Source of the DNA: Reyranella sp.
GTDB lineage: Bacteria; Pseudomonadota; Alphaproteobacteria; Reyranellales; Reyranellaceae
Assembly (NCBI RefSeq): GCF_050185545.1
Contig: NZ_JBFWZI010000007.1
Span: 26,194-90,193, forward strand
DNA length: 64,000 bases
Direction: 5' to 3'
The notes under the pieces are model-generated. The model did no database searches, was not told the origin of the DNA, and was given only the letters and a program-made list of their open reading frames with translations. Numbering within the stretch: the first letter of the stretch is position 1; the number at the start of each line of letters is the position of its first letter. Position numbers and translations under genes: made by a program. This document shows, one piece after another, positions 7,914 through 18,955 of the stretch.

Positions 7914-8921
7914 CTAGGCCGACTGGCGTCGGACGAACTGTGTCGGAATGAGGTGGCATTGCGTCGACCCTGCGCTGCTCCGACCCGCTCCGAGAAGGGA
8001 GCAGACGGTGCGCGTCTGCGCGTCGACGTCGAGGAACACCGCCGTGATCGGCGGCCGCACGAAGCCACCGAGGCCCAGCCCGCCGAAGCCGATGAAGGCG
8101 ATGTCGGCCGGGATCGACAGACCGCGGTCGGCCGCCGCCGCCATGCAGCCCAGCGCCAACTCGTCGCTTGCCGCCAGCACAGACCGGAACCGCAGACCAC
8201 GGTCGAGCGCCTCGGATGTCGCGCGATACCCCGCATCGGCGCGAAACCCTTCCGAGATGTCCCACACCAGCGACGGGTCGACCGGTTGACCGTGCTCTCG
8301 AAGGGCGTGGCGATAGCCATCGAAGCGGGCGCGTCCGATCGCCGACGTGGAGACGCGGCCGACGAACGCTATCGGTGCGCTTTGCCTCGCCAACAGATGC
8401 GCGACCGCGATGCGTGCGCCGCCCGCATCGTCGTGCACCACCGAGGTTATTCCGAGAGCACTGAGATCCTGGCTGACGGAGAAAACCTCGATGCCGCGCT
8501 CGACGGATGTGCGGAGCGCCGGCAGCAGGGGCGTCATGTCCATGATGTGCGGCGAAGACAGCAACAGCCCGCGCAGGCCGAGCGAGGGTGCCCGCTCCAG
8601 GATGTCACGCAACCGGTCCTGGCGATGATCGAGATCGAAGAGCAGCAGGTCGAGGCCTTGCAATTCGAGCATGCGCTGCATGTTCTTGGCGAGCACAGCG
8701 TTGATGCCCTGTTGGATGTCGGCGATCACCAGCGCGAGGGAGCGACCGCGTCCTGCCCGCAGGGTGCGCGCCACCTCATTGGGTCGATAGCCCAGTTCCT
8801 CGATCGCGTCTAGGACGCGGACCCGGGTCTCGGCAGTGACCGGCACGCGGCCGCCCAGTACCCGCGATACTGTGGCCGGCGACACGCCCGCACGCCGGGC
8901 AACGGCCACCACGCTCACCAT
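7914..8921 (-). CDS. LacI-family transcriptional regulator
   Basis: VARRAGVSPATVSRVL HTH, YRPNEVARTL hinge, periplasmic-binding-protein-like C-terminus. ATG at 8921 preferred over the track's 9002. Confidence 0.9.
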   Translation of the reverse strand: MVSVVAVARRAGVSPATVSRVLGGRVPVTAETRVRVLDAIEELGYRPNEVARTLRAGRGRSLALVIADIQQGINAVLAKNMQRMLELQGLDLLLFDLDHRQDRLRDILERAPSLGLRGLLLSSPHIMDMTPLLPALRTSVERGIEVFSVSQDLSALGITSVVHDDAGGARIAVAHLLARQSAPIAFVGRVSTSAIGRARFDGYRHALREHGQPVDPSLVWDISEGFRADAGYRATSEALDRGLRFRSVLAASDELALGCMAAAADRGLSIPADIAFIGFGGLGLGGFVRPPITAVFLDVDAQTRTVCSLLGAGRSSAGSTQCHLIPTQFVRRQSA

Positions 8922-9005
8922 CGCCGCCTCGCCGTTTCGGTCAGCGCCGTCTTGGCTGACTTCCCCGACGAAATCGTGGTCGTGCGCCAGGATTGCTGTC
9001 AAGAA

Positions 9006-9074
9006 AAAGGTCCCCCGCCAGCGTCCGAACCGACGGGAGAGCCTGTCGTTCCTGGCGCCGCGAGGGACCTCTGA
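9006..9074 (-). terminator. Terminator-like hairpin after the aminotransferase gene
   Basis: Minus strand AGGTCCC...CGCCAG / CTGGCG..GGGACCT followed by TTTT; shares the AGGTCCC/GGGACCT motif with repeats at 27.5 and 29.7 kb. Confidence 0.45.
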
Positions 9075-9095
9075 TTGGCCCCGAGCGAGGTCGTA

Positions 9096-10418
<1,323 letters not shown>

Positions 10419-10423
10419 CTAAT

Positions 10424-10610
10424 CCTCCCCAACGAAGTTGGGGAGGTGCCGCCGGCATGCGGCGACGGCGGGGTCATGAAACATGCGGCCCGGGGGCGCC
10501 CCGCCCGATCATGAGGCGGTCGCTGCGCGGGCGGGACGCCCGCGGTCCAAGACTCTTGACCCCTCCGTCGCCACATGACGGCGACACCTCCCCGGCCAGA
10601 GCCGGAGAGG
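10424..10610. repeat. Nested REP mosaic, copy 2 (A-shell + degenerate B doublet)
   Basis: CCTCCCCAAC-GAA-GTTGGGGAGG..GGGGTCATG, a core ending GCGGGCGGGACGCCCGCGGTCC, then TGACCCCTCCGTCGCC..GACACCTCCCC. Confidence 0.85.
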
Positions 10611-10620
10611 AGATGAGTTC

Positions 10621-11439
10621 TCAATCGATCACCTTGATCGTCGCATCCACCGTCATCGTCGCCTCGCCGAAACCGATGCGCCGGCCGCTCACCGGGGCGG
10701 CGTCGCGGTAGTCGAGACCGACCGCGACGCGAAGGCTGTCGCCACGCGGGCTGATGCCGTTGGCCGGGTCGAAGCCGACCCAGTCTAGGCCCGGGACCCA
10801 GGCTTCGGCCCACGAATGGCTGGTGCGTCCGACATGCAACTCGGGATCGTCGTTGCGCAGGTAGCCGCTGACGTAGCGCGCCGGCACGCCGAGGTGCCGG
10901 CAGCAGGCGATGAAGATGTGCGTCTCGTCCTGCGCCACGCCGACGCCGCGAGCCAACGCCTCGGTGGCGGTCGTGTCGACGGTCGAGGCGCCTGTGCCGT
11001 AGGTCATGCGCTTGCCGATGCGGCCCATCACCTCGTGCAGCACGGCGACGCGCTCCGCCGGGTCGGCAGCCCCCTCGCGCAGACCCTCGACCAGCGGGTC
11101 GAAGCTCGCATCCGGCGTGGCGAGCGGCGAATTGCGCAGCCAGAACGGCGCCGGCAGGGTCGGCACCTCGGCGTAGCGCAGCCAATGGTCGGCGCCGCTG
11201 TATTCGTAGACACCGTGGACCACGATCTCGACGGCATCGTGCTGCTGCGCCACCGAGAAGGTCGTCACCTGGTTGTTGTGGCCGTCGAGCCACTCCGAGC
11301 GCTTGCCCGGTCCCTCGATGCGCCACGACACGATGCGCTGCCCGGTCGCGGGCTTGGGGGTCAGGCGGACATCGTGGATGGAATGGCCGGACGGCTGGTC
11401 GAACTTGAAGCGGGTGGCATGGTGGACGGAGAGGCGCAT
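10621..11439 (-). CDS. Transglutaminase-like protein (catalytic Cys replaced by Ala)
   Basis: MRLSVHHATRF N-domain; GVAQD in place of the family GVCQD; HSW and GFDP-x-N retained; GLDYRDAAPVSG. Confidence 0.88.
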   Translation of the reverse strand: MRLSVHHATRFKFDQPSGHSIHDVRLTPKPATGQRIVSWRIEGPGKRSEWLDGHNNQVTTFSVAQQHDAVEIVVHGVYEYSGADHWLRYAEVPTLPAPFWLRNSPLATPDASFDPLVEGLREGAADPAERVAVLHEVMGRIGKRMTYGTGASTVDTTATEALARGVGVAQDETHIFIACCRHLGVPARYVSGYLRNDDPELHVGRTSHSWAEAWVPGLDWVGFDPANGISPRGDSLRVAVGLDYRDAAPVSGRRIGFGEATMTVDATIKVID

Positions 11440-11449
11440 GGGTGCTCGC

Positions 11450-12385
11450 TCAATCCAGCAGGAATTGCCGGCCGATCTCGTCGGACAGCGTGGCGATGTC
11501 GCTGCGCACGCCACCCAGGAACGACTTCAGGCCCTGGTCGAAAACCTTGTCGATGCGGGCATAGCGCAGCCGGGCGTGCAGCTCGCCGGCCAGCCGGTCG
11601 GCCTCGCCGCGGGTGCCGTAGACGTCGGCGAGCTCGCGCATGCTGATGTCGACCATCCACAGGCAATGGTGCACCGAGCGTGGCACGTCGCGGAGCAGCA
11701 TCATCAGCTCGGCGACCTTCATCGGATGCAGCGCGCTGCGGTAGATGCGGCGGTACGTGCGCACCGCGCCAATGCAGGCCAGCACCTCCGACCAGGCGAA
11801 GTAGTCGAGGCCGCCTGCGTAGGGGTTGCCGTCGGGCCGTAGCACGTGGAACTTGACGTCGAGGATGCGCGCCGTGTTGTCGGCGCGCTCCAGAAAGGCG
11901 CCGAGCTGCAGGAAATTGTAGGCCTCGTCGCGCAGCAGCGTGACCTGTGCGGCGCCGAAGATCATCACCGCCTGGGTCCGCACCATCTCGATCAGGGCGC
12001 CGCGGTCGAGCAGGGCACGATCGCGGCGCAGGCGGGCATTGAGCTCGAGCCACAGGCCGTTGAGGCTCTCCCACACGTCGACCGTGATGTTGTTGCGCTC
12101 CTCGCGGGCATTGCGTCGTGCCGCATCGATCGAGCTCGCGATCGACGACGGGTTGTTCGGGTCGAGCACCAGGAAGTCGATCAGGTTGGCCAGCCGGCCG
12201 CCCGACTGCTGCTGGCTCTGGCGGAACTCGTCCTCCATACCGAAGATCGCCGCCACGCCGACGGCCTCCTCGCCACGCGACTGAAGGGCCATGCGCTGGG
12301 TCGCCTCGATCAGGCGGGCCGTCGACTTGGCTCGCTGCAGGTAGCGGCCCATCCAGTACAGGTTCTTGGCAGTGCTGCTCAGCAT
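11450..12385 (-). CDS. Alpha-E domain-containing protein
   Basis: MLSSTAKNLYWMGRYLQRA and GAFLERADNTARILDVK repeats. True start 12385, not the track's 13597. Confidence 0.88.
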   Translation of the reverse strand: MLSSTAKNLYWMGRYLQRAKSTARLIEATQRMALQSRGEEAVGVAAIFGMEDEFRQSQQQSGGRLANLIDFLVLDPNNPSSIASSIDAARRNAREERNNITVDVWESLNGLWLELNARLRRDRALLDRGALIEMVRTQAVMIFGAAQVTLLRDEAYNFLQLGAFLERADNTARILDVKFHVLRPDGNPYAGGLDYFAWSEVLACIGAVRTYRRIYRSALHPMKVAELMMLLRDVPRSVHHCLWMVDISMRELADVYGTRGEADRLAGELHARLRYARIDKVFDQGLKSFLGGVRSDIATLSDEIGRQFLLD

Positions 12386-13827
12386 GGGACTTGCGCGCTC
12401 GCACCGGTGCGCGGCGCCAGCACCCAGGTGTCCTTGGTGCCGCCGCCCTGGCTCGAATTGACGACCAGCGAGCCCTCCTTCAGGGCGACGCGGGTCAAGC
12501 CGCCGGGGATGATGGTGATCTTGCGGCCCGACAGGACGAACGGGCGGAGGTCGACATGGCGCGGCGCCACGCCCTGGCTGACGAAAGTCGGGCAGGTCGA
12601 CAGGGCGAGTGTCGGCTGGGCGATGTAGTTGTCGGGCCTGGCCTTCAGGACGGCCGCGAACTCCTCGATCTCGGCCCTGCTCGAGGTCGGGCCGACAAGC
12701 ATGCCCTTGCCGCCGGAACCGTGGATCTCCTTGACCACCAGCTCGGAAAGCCGCTCGATGACGTACTTGTAGTCGTCGGCGCGATCGCAGCGCCAGGTCG
12801 GAACGTTGGCGAGGATCGGTTCCTCGCCGAGATAGAAGCGCACCATCTCCGGCACGTAGGTATAGGTCGATTTGTCGTCGGCCACGCCGTTGCCGAGCGC
12901 ATTGACGATGTTGACCCGGCCGGCGCGAAGCGCGCCCAGCAGGCCGGCGACGCCGAGGAAAGAATCCGGCCTCATAGCCAGCGGATCGAGGAAGGCGTCG
13001 TCGACCCGCCGGTAGATCACGTCGACGCGCTGCGGCCCGCGCGGCGTGCGCATGTAGACGCGACCCTCGTCGACGAACAGGTCGGAGCCCTTGACCAGCT
13101 CGATGCCCATCTCGTCGGCCAGGTAGGCGTGCTCGAAATAGGCGCTGTTGTAATGGCCCGGCGTCAGCAGGACGACGTTGGGCTCGGCATCGTCGCTGAA
13201 GGATACGGAGCGCAGGGTCGCCAGCAGCTCCTCCGTATAGTCGGCGACCGGCAGCACTCCCATGGCGAAGAATAGCTCGGGCGCCAGCCGCATCATGACT
13301 TCGCGGTTCTCGAGCACGTAGGAGACGCCCGATGGCGTGCGCACATTGTCCTCGAGGACGTAGAACTCCTTCTCGCCCACGCGCACGAGGTCGATGCCGG
13401 CGATGTGGGCGTGCACGCCGCCCGGCAGCTCCAGCCCCTGCGCCATGGCGACGAACTCGGCATTCATCAGCACCTGCCGCTCGGGGATGATGCCGGCGCG
13501 GCAGATCTCGCGCTTGCCGTAGGCGTCGCTGAGAAATGCGTTCAAAGTGCGCACGCGCTGCACAAGCCCCTTGTGCAGGTGCTCCCATTCGTCCCACGCG
13601 ATGACGCGCGGAATGATGTCGAACGGGATCGTCGTCTCGCTGCCGTCGACCGATCCGTAGGCGCCGAAGGTGATGCCGTGCCGGCGATAGAACTGGTCGA
13701 CCTCGGCGCGCGTTGCCGCGACCTTCTCGGGCGTTGTGCGCGCCAGCCAGTCGGCAACCGCGCGATAGGGCGCGCGCACCGCATCGCTCGCGCCCGAGTT
13801 CATCTCGTCAAATGCCTTGGCCGCCAT
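12379..13827 (-). CDS. Circularly permuted type 2 ATP-grasp protein
   Basis: PFDIIPR, GIDLVR, EDNVRTPSGVSY, YRRVDDAFLDP, NALGNGVADDK and VVNSSQGGGTKDTWV. Confidence 0.92.
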   Translation of the reverse strand: MAAKAFDEMNSGASDAVRAPYRAVADWLARTTPEKVAATRAEVDQFYRRHGITFGAYGSVDGSETTIPFDIIPRVIAWDEWEHLHKGLVQRVRTLNAFLSDAYGKREICRAGIIPERQVLMNAEFVAMAQGLELPGGVHAHIAGIDLVRVGEKEFYVLEDNVRTPSGVSYVLENREVMMRLAPELFFAMGVLPVADYTEELLATLRSVSFSDDAEPNVVLLTPGHYNSAYFEHAYLADEMGIELVKGSDLFVDEGRVYMRTPRGPQRVDVIYRRVDDAFLDPLAMRPDSFLGVAGLLGALRAGRVNIVNALGNGVADDKSTYTYVPEMVRFYLGEEPILANVPTWRCDRADDYKYVIERLSELVVKEIHGSGGKGMLVGPTSSRAEIEEFAAVLKARPDNYIAQPTLALSTCPTFVSQGVAPRHVDLRPFVLSGRKITIIPGGLTRVALKEGSLVVNSSQGGGTKDTWVLAPRTGASAQVPC

Positions 13828-13913
13828 CCGGCATTTCACCCCCCCGTCGAATCAACATATAAGCAATCGATGGGCCAACAAAGGGCCGTCGGGACTGTTG
13901 CGGGAGGGGACCG

Positions 13914-14903
13914 GTGAAGCAGGTGCTGATCGAGCGCTACGGCACGCCGTGGGAAGTCGCGCGCTGCGCGGAGATGGCCGATGTCGGGGCGCCCGCCGCC
14001 GACGAGGTCGTGTTCGACGTCCTGGCCTTCCCCATCAATCCGGCGGACATGTGGTTCTGCCGCGGCAGCTACCGGCTGAAGCCGCCACTGCCGGCGACGC
14101 CGGGCGCCGAATGCGTCGGCCGGGTCACGGCCGTGGGGGGAGCCGTGTCGCACGTGAAGCCGGGCGACCTCGTCATCAATCTGCAACGCGAGAACTGGGC
14201 GCAGCGCCGCAAGGTGAAGGGCGACGATGCGATCCCCTTGCCGGCCGGCATCGATCTCAGGCAGGCGGCCATGGTGCGCATCAACCCGCCGACGGCGCAA
14301 CTGATGCTCTCGGACTTCGTCGACCTCGCGCCCGGCGACTGGGTGATCCAGAACGTCGCCAATTCGGCGGTCGGCCGGCTGTTGATCGTGCTGGCGAAGC
14401 AGCGTGGCCTGCGCACCGTCAACATCGTGCGGCGGGCCGAGCTCGCCGGCGAGCTGAAGGCCCTGGGCGCCGATATCGTGGTGGTCGACGGCGACGACCT
14501 CGCCCAGCGCGTCGCCCAGGCCACCGGCGATGCCCGCATCACGCTGGGCATCGAGGCGATCGGCGGCGCTGCGACCGGTCGGCTGGTCGACTGCGTGGCG
14601 ACCGACGGCACCGCGGTTCACTACGGCTCGATGAGCGGCGAGGACCCCAAGGTGACGCGCAACAACTTCATCTATCGCGGTGTCAGGCTCACCGGCTTCA
14701 TGCTTGGCCGCTTCCTGGCGCGGCGCAGTGCGGAGCAGATACGCACGATCTATGCTGACCTGGCCAAGCAGGTCATGGCGGGAACATTGTCGGCCCCGGT
14801 CGACACGGTCTATCCGATAGAGAACATCAAGGATGCCCTGGCGCATGCCGACAAGGGTGGGCGCAACGGCAAGATTCTGGTCAGCCCGAACGGGGCGATT
14901 TGA
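13914..14903 (+). CDS. MDR-family 2-enoyl thioester reductase-like (Etr1/MECR-type) oxidoreductase
   Basis: PINPAD, INPPTA, QNVANSAVG and YGSMSG motifs of the ETR subfamily. Confidence 0.8.
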   Translation: MKQVLIERYGTPWEVARCAEMADVGAPAADEVVFDVLAFPINPADMWFCRGSYRLKPPLPATPGAECVGRVTAVGGAVSHVKPGDLVINLQRENWAQRRKVKGDDAIPLPAGIDLRQAAMVRINPPTAQLMLSDFVDLAPGDWVIQNVANSAVGRLLIVLAKQRGLRTVNIVRRAELAGELKALGADIVVVDGDDLAQRVAQATGDARITLGIEAIGGAATGRLVDCVATDGTAVHYGSMSGEDPKVTRNNFIYRGVRLTGFMLGRFLARRSAEQIRTIYADLAKQVMAGTLSAPVDTVYPIENIKDALAHADKGGRNGKILVSPNGAI

Positions 14904-14919
14904 GCGAGGAGGAGTGGCG

Positions 14920-15300
14920 ATGGGTTCCGATGTCGCGGCAGTCGAGAAGGTCCTGCAGGTCTATTTCGACGGCCTCTACGAGGGTGACACCAAGAAGCTC
15001 GGCGAAGCGTTTCATGCGGCGTCGCATCTCTATGCAGCCGGCGGCGACGGCAAGGCCAGCGACTGGCCACGCGGCGAGTGGTTCAAGATGGTCGAAAGCC
15101 GCCCCTCGGGGAAAGCCAAGGGCAGCGCCCGCGCCGACCGCATCGTGTCGATCGATTTTTCCGGCCCCAACACGGCAATCGCCAAGGTCGAATGCCAGCT
15201 GCCGCCGCGCTACTTCACCGATTACCTGACCCTGCTGAAGGTCGACGGCCGCTGGCAGATCATCTCCAAGACATTCCATACCGTGACCAAGGAAGGGTGA
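14920..15300 (+). CDS. NTF2-like (putative lumazine-binding-type) protein
   Basis: YFDGLYEGD..AFH and FTDYLTLLKVDGRWQIISK; RBS GAGGAGG upstream. Confidence 0.8.
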   Translation: MGSDVAAVEKVLQVYFDGLYEGDTKKLGEAFHAASHLYAAGGDGKASDWPRGEWFKMVESRPSGKAKGSARADRIVSIDFSGPNTAIAKVECQLPPRYFTDYLTLLKVDGRWQIISKTFHTVTKEG

Positions 15301-15309
15301 ATCATTTTT

Positions 15310-15506
15310 CCTCCCCCGTAATCGGGGGAGGCGCCCCGTCATACGGGGCAGAGGGGTCATAAATCATGCGGACCGCGGGCGTCCCGCCCGCTCATCATCA
15401 TGAGATCACGAGCGGGCGGGACGCCCGCGGTCCGGAAGAGGCTTGACCCATCCGTCGGCGAAGACGCCGACACCTCCCCAGCGGAGCACCAGCTGAGCTG
15501 GGGAGG
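15310..15506. repeat. Nested REP mosaic, copy 3 (A-shell + B doublet) between convergent genes
   Basis: Perfect 24-bp inverted repeat GGACCGCGGGCGTCCCGCCCGCTC at 15370-15393/15410-15433, inside CCTCCCCC..GGGGGAGG and CCTCCCCAGC..GCTGGGGAGG hairpins. Confidence 0.9.
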
Positions 15507-15512
15507 AGGGCT

Positions 15513-16058
15513 TTAATTCTTCGCGTCCGCCGCGACCTGGACCTTGATCATCTTGTCCTGTGGCGCTGGCACCGAGCCCGACTGGCCCTGGCCGCGCTTG
15601 ATCTTGTCGACGAAGTCCATGCCGGACGTGACCTTGCCCCAGACCGTGTACTGGCCGTCGAGGAAGTTGGAGTCCTTGAAGACGATGAAGAACTGGCTGC
15701 GCGCGCTGTTGGGGTCGTTGGTGCGCGCCATCGAGACGGCGCCGCGGACGTGCGGCTCCTTGGAGAATTCGGCCTTCAGCGTTTCGCCCATGCCGCCCGA
15801 GCCGGTGCCCGTGGGGTCGCCGGTCTGTGCCATGAAGCCTTCGATGACGCGATGGAACACGACGCCGTCGTACTTGCCCTCGCGCGCCAGCTTCTTGATC
15901 TGCTTGACGTGATTGGGGGCGAGGTCGGGGCGCATCTCGATTACGACACGGCCGTCCTTGAGGTCGATGTAAAGCGTGTTTTCCTTGTCCATGGCGGCGG
16001 TCGCTCCTGCGAACATGAAAGAGATGGCGACGATCAACGGCGTCAGGGTAAGACGCAT
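15513..16058 (-). CDS. Cyclophilin-type peptidyl-prolyl isomerase (secreted)
   Basis: Signal peptide; FHRVIEGFMAQTGDP, SMART and SQFFI. Confidence 0.92.
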   Translation of the reverse strand: MRLTLTPLIVAISFMFAGATAAMDKENTLYIDLKDGRVVIEMRPDLAPNHVKQIKKLAREGKYDGVVFHRVIEGFMAQTGDPTGTGSGGMGETLKAEFSKEPHVRGAVSMARTNDPNSARSQFFIVFKDSNFLDGQYTVWGKVTSGMDFVDKIKRGQGQSGSVPAPQDKMIKVQVAADAKN

Positions 16059-16378
16059 CTGGTGGTCCCTTTGCTGAACTGGCCGGATGCGGCCGGCGGG
16101 CGACCATACTGGCCGACCCCGGAAATACAAGCGCACCCGGGGCGCTTGTCACGGGAGGACAGGCAACAAGGGCCGGTGTCGGGGACTTCCGGGCGTCGGT
16201 GGGCGGGGCTAAGGTCAACCGAGCGCGTGCCTTCACTGCGACTGGCCGCCACATACCGAGTGGGGGCGAAAACCCGTTACGTGTCAGGTCTATATCTGGT
16301 ACTAACCGCTTTAAATGGCGGGGGATTTTGCGGACCGGAACCCTTGAAGAGGGGAGGGCCCGCCGAGGGGATGATTGC

Positions 16379-17242
16379 ATGATCGGCAAGTGCGCACGGG
16401 GCATCTTGGGACTACTGGCGGCAATCGCCGGGTTGGGCATTGCCGGTGGCGCCCAGGCACAGCCGATCGTCGGCGTGCCGCACGACTGGCAGATGGGGTT
16501 GCCGCCGGCCTACACGCCGGTGGGACAGCGGCTGGAGTCGCTCCATGACCTCCTGCTGGTGATCATTTCGCTGATTTGCCTGTTCGTCCTGGCGCTGCTG
16601 ATCTACGCGGTGATGCGTTTCAGTGCGGCGCGCAATCCGACGCCGAGCACGACGACGCACAATACCGTCCTCGAGATCGCCTGGACGGTTGTGCCGATCC
16701 TGATCCTGGTCGTGATCGCCATCCCGTCGTTCCGCCTGCTGTATTACGGTGACAAGGCGGTCGATGCGGCGATGACCATCAAGGTCATCGGGCATCAATG
16801 GTACTGGAGCTACGAATACCCCGACCAGGGCAATTTCTCGGTCGACAGCCGCATCCTGAGCGACGCCGACCGGCTCAAGCAGAAGCCCACGATGCCGCGC
16901 CTGCTCGCGGTCGACGAGGAGATGGTGATTCCCAAGGACACCGTCATCCGCATCATCGGCACGGCGGCCGACTCGATGCACGGCTGGACGGTGCCCGGCT
17001 TCGGCATCAAGAAGACAGTCATTCCCGGCCGGCTCAACGAGGGTTGGATCAGCGTCAAGGAAGAAGGCTACTATTTCGGTCAGTGCTCGCAGATTTGCGG
17101 CAACAACCACACCTACATGCCGGTCGCCGTCCGCGTCGTCTCCAAGCCCGAATTCGACAAGTGGGTCGAGCAGAAGAAGAAGTCGGCGGGCCTGCTGCCC
17201 GCGACCGACGTCGCTTCCGCCACCGCTCCCGCCAACCGCTAA
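16379..17242 (+). CDS. coxB: Cytochrome c oxidase subunit II
   Basis: Two TM helices, GHQWYWSYEY, CuA ligands H (DSMHGW) and C-S-Q-I-C-G-x-x-H-x-x-M. Confidence 0.95.
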   Translation: MIGKCARGILGLLAAIAGLGIAGGAQAQPIVGVPHDWQMGLPPAYTPVGQRLESLHDLLLVIISLICLFVLALLIYAVMRFSAARNPTPSTTTHNTVLEIAWTVVPILILVVIAIPSFRLLYYGDKAVDAAMTIKVIGHQWYWSYEYPDQGNFSVDSRILSDADRLKQKPTMPRLLAVDEEMVIPKDTVIRIIGTAADSMHGWTVPGFGIKKTVIPGRLNEGWISVKEEGYYFGQCSQICGNNHTYMPVAVRVVSKPEFDKWVEQKKKSAGLLPATDVASATAPANR

Positions 17243-17266
17243 GCGCATCGCCGCAGGAGAGTTCAC

Positions 17267-18910
17267 ATGGCCACCGCGCACGGCGCCGCCCACGACCACA
17301 GCGCCCACGCTCACGGGCACGACGAGCATCATACGCCGACCGGCATCACCCGCTGGCTTTACAGCACGAACCACAAGGACATCGGTACGATGTACCTGGT
17401 GTTCGCGATCATCGCCGCGCTGATCGGCGCGACCTTCTCGGTGGTCATGCGGCTCGAGCTGCTGCAGCCCGGCGTGCAGTACTTCAACGGACCGGACGGC
17501 ACGCCGAACGGCCACCTGTGGAACACCGTCGTCACCGCGCACGGCCTGATCATGGTGTTCTTCGTCGTCATGCCGGCGCTGATCGGCGGGTTCGGCAACT
17601 GGTTCGTGCCGCTGATGATCGGTGCGCCCGACATGGCGTTCCCGCGCATGAACAACATCAGCTTCTGGCTGCTGCCGCCGGCCTTCATCCTTCTGCTCGC
17701 CTCGGCGCTGATCGGCGGCGGAGTCGGCACGGGATGGACGATCTACGTGCCGCTCTCGACCATGCAAGGCGCCGGCATGGACCTCGCCATCTTCTCCCTG
17801 CACATCGCCGGCGCATCGTCGATCCTGGGTGCCATCAATTTCATCACCACCATCTTCAACATGCGCGCGCCCGGCATGACGCTGCACCGCATGCCGCTGT
17901 TCGCCTGGTCGATCCTGGTGACGGCGTTCCTGCTGCTGCTGGCGCTGCCGGTACTGGCCGGCGCCATCACCATGCTGCTGACCGACCGCAACTTCGGCAC
18001 CCACTTCTTCGATCCGGCCGGCGGTGGCGACCCGACGCTGTTCCTGCACCTCTTCTGGTTCTTCGGCCATCCCGAGGTGTACATCATGATCCTGCCGGCC
18101 TTCGGCATCATCAGCCACATCATCTCGACCTTCTCGAAGAAGCCGATCTTCGGCTATCTCGGCATGGCCTACGCGATGGTGGCGATCGGCGTCGTCGGCT
18201 TCGTCGTGTGGGCGCACCATATGTACACGGTCGGCATGGATGTCGACACGCGCGCCTACTTCGTCGCCGCCACCATGGTCATCGCGGTGCCGACCGGCGT
18301 GAAGATCTTCAGCTGGATCGCCACCATGTGGGGCGGCTCGATCCGGCTCGAGGTGCCGATGCTGTGGGCGATCGGCTTGATCTTCCTGTTCACGGTCGGT
18401 GGCGTGACCGGCGTGGTGCTGGCCAATGCCGGCGTCGACTACGCCCTGCACAACACCTACTACGTGATCGCGCACTTCCACTACGTGCTGTCGCTCGGCG
18501 CGGTGTTCGGCATTTTCGCGGGCTTCTACTACTGGATCGGCAAGATGAGCGGCCGCCAGTATCCGGAATGGGCCGGCCAGATCCATTTCTGGACGACCTT
18601 CTTCGGTGTCAACCTGACTTTCTTCCCGATGCACTTCAGCGGGCTGGCTGGCATGCCGCGCCACTACGTCGACTATGCCGACGCCATGTGGCACTGGAAC
18701 TACCTGTCCTCGCTCGGCGCATTCATCTCCTTCGCCTCGACCATCTTCTGGCTGATCTTCGTGGTCTTCGGCACGCTGCTGTACGGCCGCCGGGTCGGCG
18801 CCAACTACTGGGGCGAGGGCGCAACGACTCTCGAATGGACGGTCCCGTCTCCGCCGCCCTTCCACACCTTCGAAGAGCTGCCGCACATTTCCCCGGCGGC
18901 GCACCACTGA
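17267..18910 (+). CDS. coxA: Cytochrome c oxidase subunit I (type A1)
   Basis: [39 protein letters not shown] and GMPR. Confidence 0.97.
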   Translation: MATAHGAAHDHSAHAHGHDEHHTPTGITRWLYSTNHKDIGTMYLVFAIIAALIGATFSVVMRLELLQPGVQYFNGPDGTPNGHLWNTVVTAHGLIMVFFVVMPALIGGFGNWFVPLMIGAPDMAFPRMNNISFWLLPPAFILLLASALIGGGVGTGWTIYVPLSTMQGAGMDLAIFSLHIAGASSILGAINFITTIFNMRAPGMTLHRMPLFAWSILVTAFLLLLALPVLAGAITMLLTDRNFGTHFFDPAGGGDPTLFLHLFWFFGHPEVYIMILPAFGIISHIISTFSKKPIFGYLGMAYAMVAIGVVGFVVWAHHMYTVGMDVDTRAYFVAATMVIAVPTGVKIFSWIATMWGGSIRLEVPMLWAIGLIFLFTVGGVTGVVLANAGVDYALHNTYYVIAHFHYVLSLGAVFGIFAGFYYWIGKMSGRQYPEWAGQIHFWTTFFGVNLTFFPMHFSGLAGMPRHYVDYADAMWHWNYLSSLGAFISFASTIFWLIFVVFGTLLYGRRVGANYWGEGATTLEWTVPSPPPFHTFEELPHISPAAHH

Positions 18911-18919
18911 TCCCGAGGA

Positions 18920-18946
18920 GCGGAGGCGCCCGAGTGGCGCCTCCGC
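18920..18946 (+). other. Intercistronic GC-rich hairpin after coxA
   Basis: Perfect 11-bp stem GCGGAGGCGCC-cgagt-GGCGCCTCCGC without a U tract; possible mRNA stability or processing element. Confidence 0.5.
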
Positions 18947-18955
18947 CGTGAAGCG

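Noticed and set aside
11450-13597. Apparent 715-aa fusion ending in the alpha-E protein; likewise 49030..51645 (murC), 24752..27364 (M16) and 52453..54378 (ftsQ)
   Set aside because: The N-terminal extensions overlap the real upstream gene in another frame and look like junk; family N-termini begin at 12385, 50182, 26096 and 53509.
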